Positions 31,590 through 32,000 of a DNA stretch of 32,000 nt are shown here, one piece after another; positions within the stretch are counted from its first letter, which is position 1; each line of letters starts with the position of its first letter. A program made the translations under genes and the position numbers. The notes under the pieces are model-generated. The model was not told the origin of the DNA, did no database searches, and was given only the letters and a program-made list of their open reading frames with translations. This DNA is from Anaerolinea thermophila UNI-1 (GTDB taxonomy: Bacteria; Chloroflexota; Anaerolineae; Anaerolineales; Anaerolineaceae), in NCBI RefSeq assembly GCF_000199675.1, contig NC_014960.1, positions 1,356,101-1,388,100 on the forward strand, read 5' to 3'.

Positions 31590-32000
31590 TTGCAAAGCCT
31601 CCTGATAGGGATTTTGTGCCTGACGGCGGTATTTACGTAAAAGATGCGCCTTGATGTAAGCGGCGCGAATGTAATTGATTTTGATATTTCGCCGGATACC
31701 ATTTTCGTTGGTTTCATCGGTATCATGTCGAATACGGTTGAGTATGGCGGTGTACAAACCTTCGGGGTATGGTGTACCCAAAAGGATAGCCCTCAGAAAT
31801 GCTCCACCCAGTAACGACCAGGCGTTTTGTATTTCCTCGTCCCGCCGATTGAGTTTTGGGGAAACACACTCAGCGAGGATTCGATAGGGAGAAATATAGG
31901 TAGGCTGGTTTTCATATTCCTTGACAATTTCTAAATCTTTGTAGTGTTGCATGATGCGTTCTGTAAATACACCAAATGGCTCTGTCAGGAAGAATCGAAC
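31206..32000 (-). CDS. cas8c: type I-C large subunit Cas8c (Csd1), C-terminal part; 5' end outside window
   Basis: The reading frame stays open upstream of the track ATG (31952) to the window edge (VRFFLTEPFGVFTERI-M...). Its position directly upstream of cas7 and a Csd1-like C-terminal sequence support the call. Confidence 0.85.
   Translation of the reverse strand, partial: VRFFLTEPFGVFTERIMQHYKDLEIVKEYENQPTYISPYRILAECVSPKLNRRDEEIQNAWSLLGGAFLRAILLGTPYPEGLYTAILNRIRHDTDETNENGIRRNIKINYIRAAYIKAHLLRKYRRQAQNPYQEALQMSLNESYKHPAYVLGRLFAWLERAQREALGQNINATIKDRYFTSACASPASVFPILLRLSHHWTEKAEYGKNLDRHIQSLLDMLEAQPFPARFNLEEQGVFVLGYYHQRAAFYAKNNQITDETSQEE

Noticed and set aside
1-32000. Self-targeting spacers, transposases or integrases, toxin-antitoxin genes or other defence genes near the array.
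   Set aside because: None was noticed by eye. No spacer obviously matches the non-CRISPR part of the window, and no mobile-element gene is present. The spacer-versus-genome comparison was not exhaustive and needs a computational search.

Overview
The first ~13 kb holds housekeeping genes. On the minus strand are a partial NodB-like deacetylase lipoprotein, inositol-3-phosphate synthase and aconitase. On the plus strand, tightly packed, are a polar-amino-acid ABC transporter (binding protein, permease, ATPase), citrate synthase, proB and proA. An orphan family-1 solute-binding protein (minus) and tRNA-Pro(CGG) follow. The remaining ~19 kb is a type I-C CRISPR-Cas locus transcribed on the minus strand: cas8c (partial, runs off the window), cas7, cas4, cas1, cas2, a 177-nt AT-rich leader, then the array. 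By manual parsing the array has 225 copies of a 32-nt repeat and 224 spacers (13072-27973, ~14.9 kb). All six-frame ORFs inside it are translation artefacts of the repeat. I found no novel protein-coding system. The interesting signals are in the array microstructure: (i) a one-base repeat variant confined to the 22 leader-proximal repeats, whose boundary spacer suggests an off-by-one integration event; (ii) six re-acquired spacer pairs clustered in time; (iii) two adjacent overlapping spacers that reveal a TTC PAM. Outside the array there is an internal SD+ATG in cas8c predicting a separately translated Cas11c, and an unclassified promoter-structured leader-terminator element upstream of the ABC transporter/gltA/proBA cluster. 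No homology search was possible, so product calls rest on recognised motifs and the taxon was not determined.
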